A stretch of DNA of 64,000 nucleotides from Rebecca billardiae RCC1528 (GCA_965240325.2 OZ251232.1:2294001-2358000); one strand, 5' to 3'; shown: positions 11,658-24,526, numbered from the stretch's first letter. Made by a program: numbers and translations. The notes: generated by a model not told the origin, from the letters alone.

Positions 11658-14600
11658 AGGGCGAGGGCGAGGGCGAGGGCGAGGGCGCGGCTGGGGGCCC
11701 CGCCGGCCCTCCGCTCGGCCTGTACGAGAGGCTCGACGGCTGCACCGCCGCGCCGCAGCGGCAGGCGGCCATCGATCGGTTCCAGCGCACCGGCCTGCGG
11801 CGCCAGGGCACCGGACCCGAGCAGGACGGCGCTGGACCGGCGTGTGGTCATGGCGACGGGCGGCGGGCGGGCGGGCGCGGGCGCTCGTGGCTCTTCCTCC
11901 TCTCGACACGGGCGGGCGGCGTGGGCATCAACCTGACCGCGGCCGATACCGTGATCCTCTTCGATTCGGATTGGAACCCTCAGAACGACCTGCAGGGCAT
12001 GGCGCGCTGCCACCGCATCGGGCAGACGCGCCCAGTGCACGTGTACCGCCTGCTCACCGCGCGCTCGTACGAGGCGACGCTGTGGCAGCGCGCGGCGGGG
12101 AAGCTCGAGCTCGACCGCACGCTGCTCGGCGGCGGCGCGGGCGGCGCGCCCGAGCCGGCCGAGGCGGCGGCGCGCGCCGCGCCCGCGCCGCCAAGCGCCG
12201 CCGAGTTGAGCCGCCTGCTGAGGCACAGCGCTGCGCTTGCGCTCGGCGGCGGCGGCGGCGCCGCCGACGGCGCGGCCGCCGCGCCCGGCGCCGCGCTGTG
12301 CACCGAGGCCGACCTCGACGAGCTGCTCGCGCGCCGCGCGCACGAGACGCACCCTCAGCTGCCCCCTAACCCTAACCCTAACCCTAACCCTAACCCTAAC
12401 CCTAACCCTCAGCTGCCCGCGGCCGCGGGCGGCGCGGGCTTGGTCGAGGGTGGCGGCGGCGCGGCCACCTCGCCGCGCTGCCGCGCGCCGTCGGCGCCGC
12501 TCGAACCGGCGGCGGCGCCGGCGGCGTGCGCCGCGCTCGCCGAGCTGGACATCGACGACCCGGACTTTTGGGAGAAGCTGCTGCCGGACTCGGCCGCGCG
12601 CGGCGCCGCGGCGGCGGCCGCCGCGGGCGGCGCCGGCGCCGCCGACGCGGGCCCGCGCCGCAAGCGCCGCGCCGCCATCGCCGCCGTCGCCGCGGCGCGC
12701 AAGCGCGCGCGTCTCGAGCTCGGCGGCGGGCACGCGGGCGCGGGCGTGGACGCGGACGGCGAGCCCTCGAGCGCAGCCGCCGCGAGCTCCGACGAGGAGG
12801 CGGCGGAGGCGCCGGCGCCAGAGGCGGAGGCGGAGGCCAAGCCTTCCGCCGCGGGTCGCTTGGCGCGCGGCGCGCGCCCGCCGCCGCCGCGCGCGCCCGC
12901 CGCCGCCACGCCCAAGCCGCCCACCAAGCGCGCGCGCCGGCGCGGCGAGTGCGGCGGCGGCACGAGCTGGCCGCCGCCCTCGACGCCGCCGCTCTCGCAC
13001 GCGCCGAACCCGCCGCCCACCCGGACCGCCCGGACTCCGCAGCCGCCGCGCCCGTCGCCGCCACCGCAGCGCTGCGCCGCCGCGGGGCGCGACGGCACGG
13101 CGCTGGTTAGGGTCGGGGTGGGCGGCGGCGTCGGCCCGGGCGGCGGCCAGCTCGTGCCGCCGCCGCCACCGCCGCCACCGCACCGCCACACGTACACCGC
13201 CGCGGAGCTCGAGCGGACGCTGCTGGCGACGCTGGCCGGCCATCACGCGCCGCGGGCGGCGCGCGGCGCGGCGGCAGAGGCGCGCGGTGCGGCACCGCCG
13301 CAGCAGCCGCCGCCGCAGCAGCCGCCGCAGCAGCAGCAGCAGCAGCAGCGCGCGGGGCCGAGCGCGGCCGAGCCGCGGCACGGCGCGCGCGCGACGCTGG
13401 CGCTCGCGCAGGCGCTGCGCCAGGCAACGTTGCACGCCGCCGGCCACGGTGTGCCCCCGCCCGGCGCGGCGGCGGCCGGCGCGCTCGCGGACGGCGCGGC
13501 CGCGGCGGCGGCCGCTGGCGCGCCGGGCGGCGGCTGCGGCGCCGCCGCCGCCGCCTCGGCCGCCGCCGCGGCGCAGCACTGGCACCGCTTCTGGAACGCG
13601 CCGGTGCACGAGCCCGCGGCGGGCGGCGAGGGCGGCGCCGCCCGGCCGTGCGCGCCGCGCGCGGGTGCGCTGTGCGCCGCGCAGTGGCGCGTTTGGCTGC
13701 CGCGCACGGCGGCAGAGGCGGCGGAGGCGGCGGCGGCGTGGGCGGCGGCGGAGGCGGCGGCCGGCGCGGCCGCGGGCGGGCGCGGGCGCGGCACGGCGCT
13801 CGCGCAGCGCGTGCGCGCGCACGCCGCGCCGTGGGCGGGCTCCTTGCTCGAGCTCGCCACCGCTGGCCGGCTGTGCGACGGCGTGGGCGCGGCCGCGCTC
13901 GCGCGCGCGGCCGCGGCCGAGGCGGCGCGCGCGCCCGCGCGCGCGGGCGCGCGCGACGCGGCCGCGGCCGCGCGCGCGGCGCGCGCGCGCGTCGCCACGC
14001 CCGACGCGAGCCGCTGGCTGAGCCCGGCGGAGCTGCTGCGCACCGCGGCGGCGCTCGGCGCCTCTCGCGCCTGCCGTGACGCGCCGCCGCCCGCGTGCTC
14101 GCCCTCCGCGCCTCAGCCGTGGGGCGCGGCTCACGACGCACTGTGTCTGTGCGCGGCCGCGGCGCACGGCCGCGCCGCGCCCGCCGGCGCTTGCGTCGGC
14201 TGGCGCGGCCTGGCGCGCGCGCTCGCGCTGCTGCGCGCCGAGGCGACGGCCACGAGCACCGAGCAGCGCGCCGCGCCGCCGACGGCGCCGCCGCCGAGCG
14301 CGCTCGACGAGGACGAGGACGAGCCGGGCTGGCTCAGCGGCGCGGAACACGACGCCGAAGCCGCGCCGCCCCCGGCCACCCGGACCACCCGGACTCCGCA
14401 GCCGCCGCGCGCCGCCGCCGCCGCGCGCGCCGGAGCACACGCGTGCGGCCGCGCGGCGGCGGCACTCGCCGCCTCCGCGCCGTGCGCGCAGCAGCGGCAG
14501 CAGCAGGGGCAGCAGGGGCAGCATGGGTTTGCTCGACGCGCCGTGTGCCGGCGGCAGGCGGCGCTGCTGCGGGTGCGCCGCCGCCCGCACCGAGCCCACT

Positions 14601-14935
14601 GCGCGCGCCGCTGCCCGCGCCGCGCGCACGCCGCGCCGCGTCGATCACTCACGCCGCGCGCGCCGCCCGCACCTTGCCCCGCGCTCCGTGCCGTCGCGCG
14701 CTCGTGCCGACAGGCGCTGAGCGTCTGGGCGCACGGCGCGGCCGCGGGCGCACCCGTCGGCGGCCGCGCGCGGGCTGCGCCACCCTCGCCGCGCGCGCGG
14801 CGCGGCGCGGCAGGCGCACCAGCGGCAGGCGCACCGGCAGGCCCACCAGCGGGCCCACCGGCGGGCCCACCGCGGCAGGCCCACCAGCGGGCCCGCCGCG
14901 CAGCCGCCCTACTCAGTCTGACGTCGACTGTTTAG
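8063..14935 (+). CDS. CHD-family chromatin remodeler (tandem chromodomains + SNF2 ATPase; CHD6-9-like)
   Basis: Chromodomain-like [13 protein letters not shown] and VLVQW...ATWE; [10 protein letters not shown]; DEAHRLKN; [10 protein letters not shown]; LLFSQF; [42 protein letters not shown]; DDPDFWEK. Start at the ATG at 8063 is inferred. Likely in-frame intron at 14573-14713. Confidence 0.9.
10574..10824 (+). repeat. Coding 24-bp minisatellite (G[DE]GGSGGA x ~10) inside the SNF2 domain
   Basis: Repeated GGCGAGGGCGGCAGCGGCGGTGCG units. Confidence 0.9.
12364..12405 (+). repeat. Interstitial telomeric repeat (CCCTAA)7 within the CHD coding sequence
   Basis: Seven perfect CCCTAA units, flanked by the direct repeat ACCCTCAGCTGCCC (12351-12364 and 12405-12418). 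Confidence 0.95.
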
Positions 14936-15328
14936 TGTCGGGCGGCGGCGCCGCCTGCTTCTGTCCTGGACCTGGCTGGCGGGCGCGTGCGCGTACTCCG
15001 CCGCCGGGCCCGGCGCCATTGGCCGTCGCATGTATTGCTCCGTATCAGAGAGTACGGCGGCGGCGGCCGGGCTCGGACTATAGTCAGTCAGTCGGATCAT
15101 GCGAGAAGTCGGACTAGTCAGTGCGGCCGGCCGACGCGGCGGCCGCCGTCACTCCGCGGCCGCGCGGTATCGTCAAGCAGTTCATCAGCATATCAGATAT
15201 CGCGATATGCGGCGCGACGAAGTGCCGCGAACGCGGCATGAAAAAAATTCCCCCGCATCCCCACTGGGCGGAAGTGCGGACGGGTTACGGTAACGCCGAA
15301 AATCAATTTCTTTACTGTGTATATATAA

Positions 15329-15376
15329 TACATACATACATACATACATACATACATACATACATACATACATACG

Positions 15377-15408
<32 letters not shown>

Positions 15409-15409
15409 C

Positions 15410-15443
<34 letters not shown>
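15329..15443. repeat. (TACA)n + (TA)n compound microsatellite
   Basis: Directly visible. Confidence 0.95.
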
Positions 15444-16104
15444 GTGGGGTTATTGGCATACAATAACTGATTGTCTAAGAGGACGGTGGGAGCGCAATGC
15501 GCCGTATTAACACCTGCCTGCCATTCGGCCCGAGCCAGGCGGCCGAGCTCAAGTCCGGCTGCCATCTTGGCCACCCTCTTCTCGTGCCACGAAGGACTTT
15601 CGAGCCTGCTCTGTGCGCTCGCACAACGACCCCGAACAACCTACTCGCTGTGATGCTCCTGGGCCTTAGGCAAATAGGCAAGGTTGGCAACGGCACAGGA
15701 CGGCCAATTGGTGAGCTGGGTTAGGGCCGAGCGAACCGACGCAGTCCAGTGCCTCTCGCTCACTCGCAGCGAACGCCCTTCGGAAGTGCCCACTGGCATG
15801 ATGGCTGCAGCTGTTTCCGGCCCGCATCTTCGCGATGCCCTCTGCACGATGGTGCTTCGTGCCTTGCTCTTGTGCGGCTTGGCGGCTCTCGAGCTGCGCC
15901 TTCCAAGCTGCCCCGCCCGCCCGCCCCTGCTGTTGCCAGCTTGTTGCCTGCCACTTTTGCTGCTGCGTCGGCGCGGTGCGCCCTCCGCCGTCGATGCCGC
16001 TCCTCGGTTTGGCATGCTGCTCGCTCTCTCAGTCTGCGGGCCGGCGCGCGGAGATCCATCACACCGCGCGTCTGTCGGCGTCGAGCGGCCAGTCCTGCCG
16101 CGCG

Positions 16105-16286
<182 letters not shown>

Positions 16287-16386
16287 GTCATCGTCGCGTC
16301 ATCGTCATCGTCAGCATCGCGATCATCGCATCGTTATCAGCGCATATCAGTGTCAAGTGGGCAGCAGCGGGATCGTCGTCTGGCGG

Positions 16387-19230
16387 TCAGCGGAACTTGA
16401 GACAGCCGCCGTCGAGAGGGCCAGCGACGCGCCACGGCGGGTGCGCGGGCGAGGCGGGCCCGCTGCCACCGCCCGCCGCCGCCGCGCGCCTCCCGCCGCT
16501 GCTGCCGGCGCGCGCGGGCGAGGCGGCGGGCGAGGCGCCCGCGACGGGCGAGCGCGCGCGCGCGCGCCCCGTGCAGCTGGCGCAGCGGCAGCCGCCGGCG
16601 CAACTGCTGGCTGTGGTGGAGGCGGCGGCGGCGGTGGCGCCGCGCGCCGCGGCGCTCGTCGGCGTGCGCGTCGCGCGGCCGCGCCCAGCGCGGCCCGGCG
16701 CGTGCTGCCGCTCCCCGCGCGCGTCCGCCGCCGCCAGGTCGAGCGCCAGTGCCGTCAGCTGCCGCTCGGTGGCCGCGCCGCGCGCGGTGGCGCGCGCGAG
16801 CGCGCCCGCCGAGCGGCGGGCGAGCGTCGCGCTCGCTTCGTGCTTGCGCTTGTAAGCGCGGAGCTGCTCGGCCTCGGCGCGCGCGGCGTCGAGCTGCGCC
16901 TCGAGCTCGCGCACGCGCCTGCGCAGGTGCCGCGCCTGCAGCAGCGCCGCCGCGCCCGCCGCCGCCCCCGCCGCCGCGTCGGCCGGCGCGGCGCGCGCCG
17001 CCGCGCCGCGCGCCGGCTCGGCGCCGCGCGCCGGCGGCGAGCGCGGCCGCGTGTCGCGGCCGGCGCGGCGCGCGGAGGAGGGCGAGAGCGCGCGCGGCGA
17101 GCGCGCGCTGCCCGGCGCGCGCGCGCTCTGCGCCGTCGGCTCCGCGCCCGCGCCACCCTCGACCGCCGCCGCGCCCGCCGACCCGTCCGCCTCGGCGCGC
17201 GCGGCGCGCGCCTCGGCCGCGCGCGCGCGCCGCTCCGCCGCCGCCGCGCTCTCGCGCGCGTCGCGCGCCGCGCCGTCCGCCGCTTGCATGTGCTCCTCGT
17301 AGGTGGCGAAGACCTGGCGCAGCGCGCCGCCCTCGGGGCTCGCGCGCGTCGCCTCGCCCAGCGCGCGCTCCAGCGCGGACGCGCGCGCGCGCTCCCGGTG
17401 CGCCGCGAGCCGAGAGTCAGCCAGGCTCAATTCCAGCGCCGCCGCCGCCTCGGCGCGCGCCGCGCGCTCAGCCTCGAGCGCGGCCGCGGCACGCGCGCGC
17501 TGGGCCTCGACTGTGCTCAGGAGCTTGAGCACGGAGCGGTAGTTGCTCGGCGAGGGCGCGCGCGCGCCCGCCTCGCCCACGCCGCCGCCGCCCTCGCCCT
17601 CCGCATCCGCCGAGCCCTCGCCGCCCGCCTCGCGCGGCGGCGGCGCCGTCGGCGGCGGCAGCGTCGGCGGCGCGGCCGCGCCCAGCGCCAGACCTAAACC
17701 GTGCACCGCCGCGGTGCGCTCGGCGTAAGGGGAGCGCATGTCCGGTGGGCGGGGCGCGTCCGCCTGCGCACTGCCCGCGCTGCGCGGCTCGTCCGCGCCG
17801 CCGGCGGGGCGCACGCCGCGCGCGCCGCCGTCCGCGCGGCCGCCGCCGCCGTCCGCGCGCGCGCCGCCGCCGCCGTCCGCGCGGCCGCCGCCGCCGTCCG
17901 CGCGGCCGCCGCCGCCTCTGAGCTGAACGAAGCCAGATGGCGGCGGCGGCGGCAGCGGCACGGCCTCGGGGTTGAGCTCGTACTCGCTGCCCTCGCCATC
18001 GGACGGCTCCTCCTCCGCGCCCGCCTCCAACGCCCACGCCTCGTGCGCGCGCGCGCGCGCGCCGGCGCCGCCGGCCGCGGCGCCGCGCCGGCCAACTCTG
18101 TGACTGGCTTCGTAACCGCCGCCGCCGTAACCGCCGCCGCCGTAACCGCCGCCGCCGCCGCTTGCGCCGCGTGCGCCGCGTGCGTGGGCGTGGCCGTCCC
18201 CGGGCCCTCGGGCGTGCGGCTCGTGGCCCTGCGACTCCCACTCCGCGCGTAGCCAATCCTCCGCCTCCGCCTCCGCCTCGCCTGCGGCCACGAGCGCAGC
18301 GGCGGCGGCGTCGGCGTCGGCGTCAGCGTCGGCGTCGGCGTCGGCGTCGGCGGCGTCGGATGTCGACGGCTCCCGCGCGTAGCCCTCCCGTGTGCCGCCG
18401 CCGCGCGTGCGCGCGGCGCGGCGCGAGCGCAGCTGCGAGCGGACCCAGGCGACGCCGGCCTCGACCTCCGGATGCTGCTGCTCTGCCTCCGCCTCGGCCG
18501 CCGCACGCGCGTCCGGCGGCGGGCTGCCGCGCGCGCGCTGCGCGGCGGCGTGCTGAGCACCCTCGCCCGTGGCGCGCGGCAGCGCGGGCGGCGCGCCGCC
18601 GCCGCCGCCGCCGCCGCCGCGCTCGGCGGCACGCACCGCCTCGCGCCGCGCGCCCGGCCCACCGCCGCCGGCGGCGCCGAGCATCGCCTCGAAGCGCTCG
18701 GACAGCTCGCTCAGCTCAGCCGCGCTGCCGCCCGGCGCAGAGTCCGGGCGCGGCGCAGAGTGCGGTGGCGGCGGCGGCGCGGCGGGCGCGGCGGGCGCGC
18801 GCCGCGCGGGCGGCGGCGCCGCGCGCCGCGCGCCGGCGCCGCGCCCGCCGCCACCCAGCGTGCGCTCGTCATGCTGCGAGCCGCCGCCGCCGCGCTCCTC
18901 GGCGCGAGCGCTGTCGTCGTAGTCATCGGCATCGTCGTCGTACGCGCCGCCTCCTCGCTCCTCGCCGCCGTCATCGCCGCCGCCGCCGCCCGCCGCTGCG
19001 CGCGCGCGCTGCGGCTGCGGCTGCGGCTGCGGAGGTGGGAACAGCGCGGGCGCGCGTCCGTGCGATGGCGGCGGCCGCGCGCCGCGCTGCGAAGGCGGCA
19101 GGTCCGCCGCGCCGCGCAGCGTCTCGGACTCCCACAGCCGGAGCTCGAGGGCGGCCGCCGCCGCCGCGTCGTCCGCGGCCGCCGCATCGGCGGCCGCCTC
19201 AGCCGCCGCCGCCGCGCGCACACCGCCACG

Positions 19231-19265
<35 letters not shown>

Positions 19266-21358
19266 CCGCCGCCAGCGGCGCCAGGCGCCGGCCAGGGCTG
19301 CGGCTGCGGCTACGGCTGCGCGCGCCGCCCGCGCCCCACGACGCCTCCGCGCCGGCGGCGTCGGCGTCGGAGAGCCGGCCGCCGGCGGCGTACGAGCGGA
19401 CATACCCCGCGGGCGCGCCGCCGCCCGCCTCCTCCGCCGCCGCGTCGGCGGACGCGGACACGAAACCGCATGCGCCGCCCGGCGCGCGCGCGAGCAGCGT
19501 GGCTAGCGGCAGCAACGGCGGCGGCGGCGGCGCTCCGCGCGCGTCGCCGCGCGCTCGGCGCTCGAGCGCGCGCGCCGCGTCGGCGGAGAGCGCGCGCGCG
19601 CCGCGCACGCACGGCGTCGCGACGCCGAGCGCGCGCGCGCCCAGCCGCAGCGTCGCCGCCGCCTCGAGATGCACGCGCGCCGCGCTCAGCGGCGCATGCG
19701 ATTTCGTGTCGGCGTGTGCGTGCGCGCACAGGTGCGTCAATAGAAAAAGTTTCGAGTTTCGGCCGACCGCGTCGCCTATGAGCTGGGTCAGCCTGGCGGC
19801 GGCGAGGGCGGCGCGCGTGCGCGCGAGGGGCGGGGGGGGCGCACCCGATCAGAGCGCGCCCCAGCCGCACGCTTCCGCTTCCTCCGACGCACGCGCGCAT
19901 GCGCGCGCGACCGCGCGAGCGCGAGCGTGCGCGGCTGCGCGCACGCGCTGTCTCGCGCGCACGCCTGGCGCTGGCAGTGGCCCCCACCGCCGCGCCGAGG
20001 CGCGGCGGCGGGCACGCGGGGCGCGAGCGCGCGCACCTCGAGTCGCGCAGCGCGCCGATGTACCCGTCGTCGCGCGCGCGCTCCGCCTCGCGCGCGCCCG
20101 CGTCCGCGCGCGCGTCCGCGCCCGCGCGCGCCGCGCGCGCGAGCGCGTCTATCAGTCGACTGAATGCTAGCAGCGACTTATTCGCCACCTGCCGTTCATA
20201 GGCGGCCGCGGCGGCGGAGGGGCGGCCGGGCGAGCCGAGCACGCCGCCCACGCCACCCATCCCGCCGCCCGGCACGCCGAGGCTCGCGAACGCGCCCTCC
20301 CCCGCGCCGTCGCCCTCGGCGGCCGCTGCGCCAAAGCCGCCCGGGCGCGCGGCCGGCGCGGGCGCGGGCGCGCTCCCGATGAGGTCGACGGCAGTTAGCA
20401 CCGCCTCGGAGCGCGAGCCGCCGCCGCCGTCGAGGAGGTGCAGGCGGAAGACGGCGTGCGTGCGGTTGGGCAGCGCCGAGAGCGGCGGCACGCCGCCGCG
20501 CGCGTCGGCGCCCGCCCCGACGCCCGCCGCCGCCCAGTTGGCGGACGCGGCGCGCGCCGCCGCGAGCGCGCGCCGGAGCTCCGCGGCTGACCTCACTTCG
20601 ACGGCGCACGGCGCGGCGCGCGCGCCGCCGGGCGAGGCTGCGCGCGGCGGCGAGCGCGGCGGCGCGGCGTCGGGCGGGAGCAGCAGGTCGCGCACGCTCG
20701 CGTGGCCCACCTCGCACGCCGAGAGCCCCAGCGCGTAACGGCCGGGCGTGGGCGCATCGGCGATCCGCTCCAAAAGTGCATGGCCCAGCCTCGGGATGAG
20801 CCCGGCGTGCGTCGACGTGTCGTCGCCGCGGCCGTGGAGGGTGTACGTCTTGCCCGAGCCGGCCTGCCCCGCCGCGACGATCGTCACGTCGAACCCGCCC
20901 CACAGCCAGTCCAGCGCGTCCAGCCCGACCGCGGCGAAAAACGGCCCGTTGCCAACAGTGCCGCCAAACGCGCCGCCGGGCGAGACGCGATATCGCCGGT
21001 GCGCGCGCGCTTCGGGCACGTCCGCGGGCGCGCGCGGGTCGCTGCGCGCGGGTGGGATGCGCGCGCGTGAGGCCAAGCGCATCACGCCGGTGCGGCGGAC
21101 GCACGCGCGCACGGCGGGCCGAGGAGCCCGCCGGGGCGCGCGCCGCGCGCGCGCCTCGCGCCCACACGGCGAGCGCGCGAGCGCGCACCGCAGCAGAATG
21201 GCGTCGCCGGCGGCGGTGACGATGGGCGTGCGCAGCGGTGGGCCCGGGCGGATCCGTGCGCACACGGTGGCGGTCGCCACTCGCGCGTCGCCGCCGCCGA
21301 GCTCGTCGAGCTCGCGGCTCAGCTCGAGGAGCTCGGCGCGCGTGGGCGGCGCCACCAT
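16387..21358 (-). CDS. Divergent kinesin-like protein (N-terminal motor domain, long low-complexity/coiled-coil tail)
   Basis: Exons 21358-21189, 21041-20037, 19792-16387 (the 3' part may hide further introns). Motifs [27 protein letters not shown] (P-loop), [27 protein letters not shown], and RDSR|[14 protein letters not shown] across the splice junction. Confidence 0.85.
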
Positions 21359-21540
21359 GGCGTCGCTCCTTTTGAAATCGGGCCGTTCGCGGCACGGTTG
21401 CCGGCCTTTTTTCGAATCTTCAATTCTTTATCGCGGCTCTTTTTCGAGTTTTCGCTGGCGGGGCCCGCCCCCGGACTCTTTTAGTGACTCCAGTACTCCA
21501 CCCGCTGTGCATCCCGCTCGAGCCACTGTCAGCAATCAGC

Positions 21541-22266
21541 ATGGCCGTCCTCGCGGCGCTCGTCGTCGCGCTCGCGGGCGCCACGGGCACGTCCAAGTAC
21601 CGGCTGCGGTACTTCGACGCGCGCGGCGCGGCGGAGCTCGCGCGCGTCATCCTCGCCGTCGCCGACGTGCCGTACGCCGACGACCGTTACCCGCTCTCCT
21701 TCGAGGGCGGCAAGCCGTCCGCGCCGCGGTTTTACGAGGAGAAGGCGGCGGGCGCGCTCGCGGCCAACATGGACCGCGTGCCGCTGCTCGAGGTGGACGG
21801 GACGGCGATCGCGCAGTCGCGCGCGATCGAGCGCTACCTCGCGCGCGCGCACGGGCTGCTCGGCGCCACCGAGCTCGAGGCCGCGCAGATCGACGCGGTC
21901 TGCGAGCACTGCCGCGACATCAAGGATGGCTACGGCCGCGCCGTGCCGCCGTTCTCGGCCGAGTCGGAGGAGAAGGCGAAGAAGCGCGACGAGTGGTACG
22001 GCGAGACGCTCCCCTCGTGGTGCTCCCGCCTCGAGCGCGCGCTGCCGCCGCCCGCGCCCGCCGCCGCCGCCGCGCACGCGGTGGGCGCGTCCGTATCTCA
22101 CGCCGATCTCGCGATCTGGCAGCTACTCAAGGATTACTTCTCCGAGGCGGAGCGCTGCGCCGCGGCGCTGCAGGGGTGCGAGCGGCTCTCCGCGATCGCG
22201 GAAGCGGTGCACGCCCTGCCCGCCGTGCAGGACTGGCTGGCGCGGCGCCCGCAGACCTTCATGTGA
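21541..22266 (+). CDS. Glutathione S-transferase (sigma-like) with N-terminal hydrophobic leader
   Basis: YRLRYFDARGAAELARVIL, VPLLEVDG, IAQSRAIERYLAR, SHADLAI, WLARRPQT. Confidence 0.92.
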   Translation: MAVLAALVVALAGATGTSKYRLRYFDARGAAELARVILAVADVPYADDRYPLSFEGGKPSAPRFYEEKAAGALAANMDRVPLLEVDGTAIAQSRAIERYLARAHGLLGATELEAAQIDAVCEHCRDIKDGYGRAVPPFSAESEEKAKKRDEWYGETLPSWCSRLERALPPPAPAAAAAHAVGASVSHADLAIWQLLKDYFSEAERCAAALQGCERLSAIAEAVHALPAVQDWLARRPQTFM

Positions 22267-22623
22267 GTCGGTCAGCGGCGCGGACGCTGGCCTGGCTCTG
22301 ACACACTGCTACTCTGATAATGCCAGTGCTGACTAATACTGCATCAGTACTAACTGCTAGTGCTGCTGAGTCACTGCGATTCACACTGACTATATACACT
22401 CTGACAGCCGCAGCGCTCGAAGTTGCTATAGGATCCGCCGATCTGCTATATATATAAGGATATATATAGGCTGATATCGCGCGTCTAAGTCGTACCGAGT
22501 ATGCTGTACGGTACGTCCGCAGCTACTAGTACTAATCGACGACGCGAAGTCGTTGCCAGGATCCGATCTATACTGTCGTAGTCAAGCATAAACTAATAGT
22601 CTCGCCACTCTCGCCTCTCGGTA

Positions 22624-24335
22624 GGGGGGCCAAACCGCCCATTTAAAAATGAAAAGCAAAGTCGCGTCGCATTTTCGCTCCGCCCTCGGCCTTTTAGGGT
22701 GGCGCGGAGCCTTTTTCTCGGACCCCGCTCGAAAATCGAGCTTCACGCCTTCGGACGCTCAGAGCTCGGTTCCGCTCCAGCGCGAGCGGCCGGAGGCAGT
22801 GGACCGCCGCGCGCTCGCGACCTTTGAGACGCCGAGATGGTCTCGGGTGCGCGCGCGCGTGACGCTGGTGGGCGCTACTGACCCGTGCCTTTGCGCCACC
22901 AGCGGCTCACCACCCGCTTCTTGGCCATCTCGCGCCGTGCGCGGCGCGCGTCGGCCGGCTTGAATTGGCGCGCTGCGTGCGCCCGTCACGCTACCGCACG
23001 GTGTGGCTCATGATCAACTCGCACAGTTGAGATCGATGCTCGCACCAAGTGCCCATGTATGTATGTGGATGCCCAGCTCGCCTAACCTGCCCTGCTGCGC
23101 CGGAATCGCCGTCAGCAGACCGGCGCGAGCTCGCGCGCAACACCTCCGCGGAGCTCGCAACTGTCATGTTCCGCTTGTAGGGCCCGTGTTTGCACCTGCC
23201 GTGGCACTTGCGATGGTCAGTACGTTGGGTATGGGTCACGTGTGCCCTCTGATGGCGTCTGGGCGCCTCCCATTCGCCTCTCAGGACGTCGCGGACGTGC
23301 TCGCAGGCAGCGGTTGGCTCATTCGACAGGTCCGACGTGCACTCGACCGTGCCTGCAAGCGCGCCCCTGTGACGCTCATGCCTGCAGAAGCAGATGCAGA
23401 TGGGCCCTCATGCACCCTGGTGCGCCCAAGACCGGCGGGAGCGTCAGAGACCGTCTCAATCTTGACACCTTGCACACGCCGGCGCTTGCCGTTGGGCTCC
23501 GCGCAGCCAGCCAGGAGCGCCGAACAGCGCCGGATCAGCCTCTGTAGGCCGAATATCCGCCCCTAAGCCCAGAAATAGCGCGGAACAGGGTAGTGCGTAC
23601 CTATATGGACCAATCCCATCCAGCCTGGTTTGGTGCAGACACGCCAGCCACCGCCTGGAGCAGACGTTTGCTGCCGAATCGCATGCTCGGCACTGTGCCG
23701 CACTGCGACGACGACAGATTTGACCTGCCTCGTAGGTCTCGGCCAGGGAGCGGTGACGGTTGGCTCGAGTCACTTTAAACCTTGACTATGACCGAGAGCA
23801 CTCCCGGGCTAAGGACGTGGGGCCGGTGCTTTGGGTCTACTATGTCTGCAATACGCCGTACGCGTGGCCGTATACACAGTCTGAAAACGTATCTCGCAGC
23901 TCGAGATCAGACTAGGCTGTATTCATCAGCATGGCGCCTATATACACAGTGGGTATGTAACGATCGGTGGCTTCTAGGAAACTACATATTTGACAGCCTG
24001 CCAGTACACAGCCTATATCGCATGTTGGGACCTGCTGCTGCTGGGGACTCAGAACGATCTCGCTGAGATGCTCTATCAAAGTGAGGTCGACATGGTCTAT
24101 ATGTCACATATAGGACGACCGTTACATACCGTTTCCAATAAGTTCAGGCTCATTCTAATAAGTAAATATGCTAGCCGTTACGCCCTATATTCAGGGTATG
24201 TGCACCTGATTTTTTTACATGGCCGGACCAGACCCCTCCAGAGGGCAAATGATCCAGCCCGAAATCAGCTCTAAACACTCGCTAGGACCCGCGCTCGTGG
24301 CCGTCAGTAACGCTACAGTGCCACTTTGGCCCCCC
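22624..24335 (+). mobile_element. Non-autonomous TIR DNA transposon, family 'GGGGGGCCAAA', copy A (1,712 bp)
   Basis: Perfect 11-bp TIRs GGGGGGCCAAA...TTTGGCCCCCC; TA on both sides (22622-23, 24336-37); full-length homologous copy in inverted orientation at 47324-49024. Confidence 0.92.
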
Positions 24336-24490
24336 TACTCTCGGCCTCGGGTAGTCCTGTCGATGATCGATTGCTATATACTACTCTGATGATGAACAAT
24401 ATATCGTCGACTCCGCCTCGACTCGTCTGTCGTCACTGTCCGATACGAGTTCCGAAGGCCGGAGCTGGACGAGCCTGATACTAATGACAG

Positions 24491-24526
<36 letters not shown>

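Noticed and set aside
15295-15321. ...TTCTTTACTGTG|TA resembling a CACTA/EnSpm-type terminus
   Set aside because: No matching opposite end found nearby
23003-23566. ORF shared by both 1.7-kb elements as a transposase or Fanzor/TnpB
   Set aside because: No DDE, RuvC or HTH motifs recognisable; the open frame may simply reflect copy similarity
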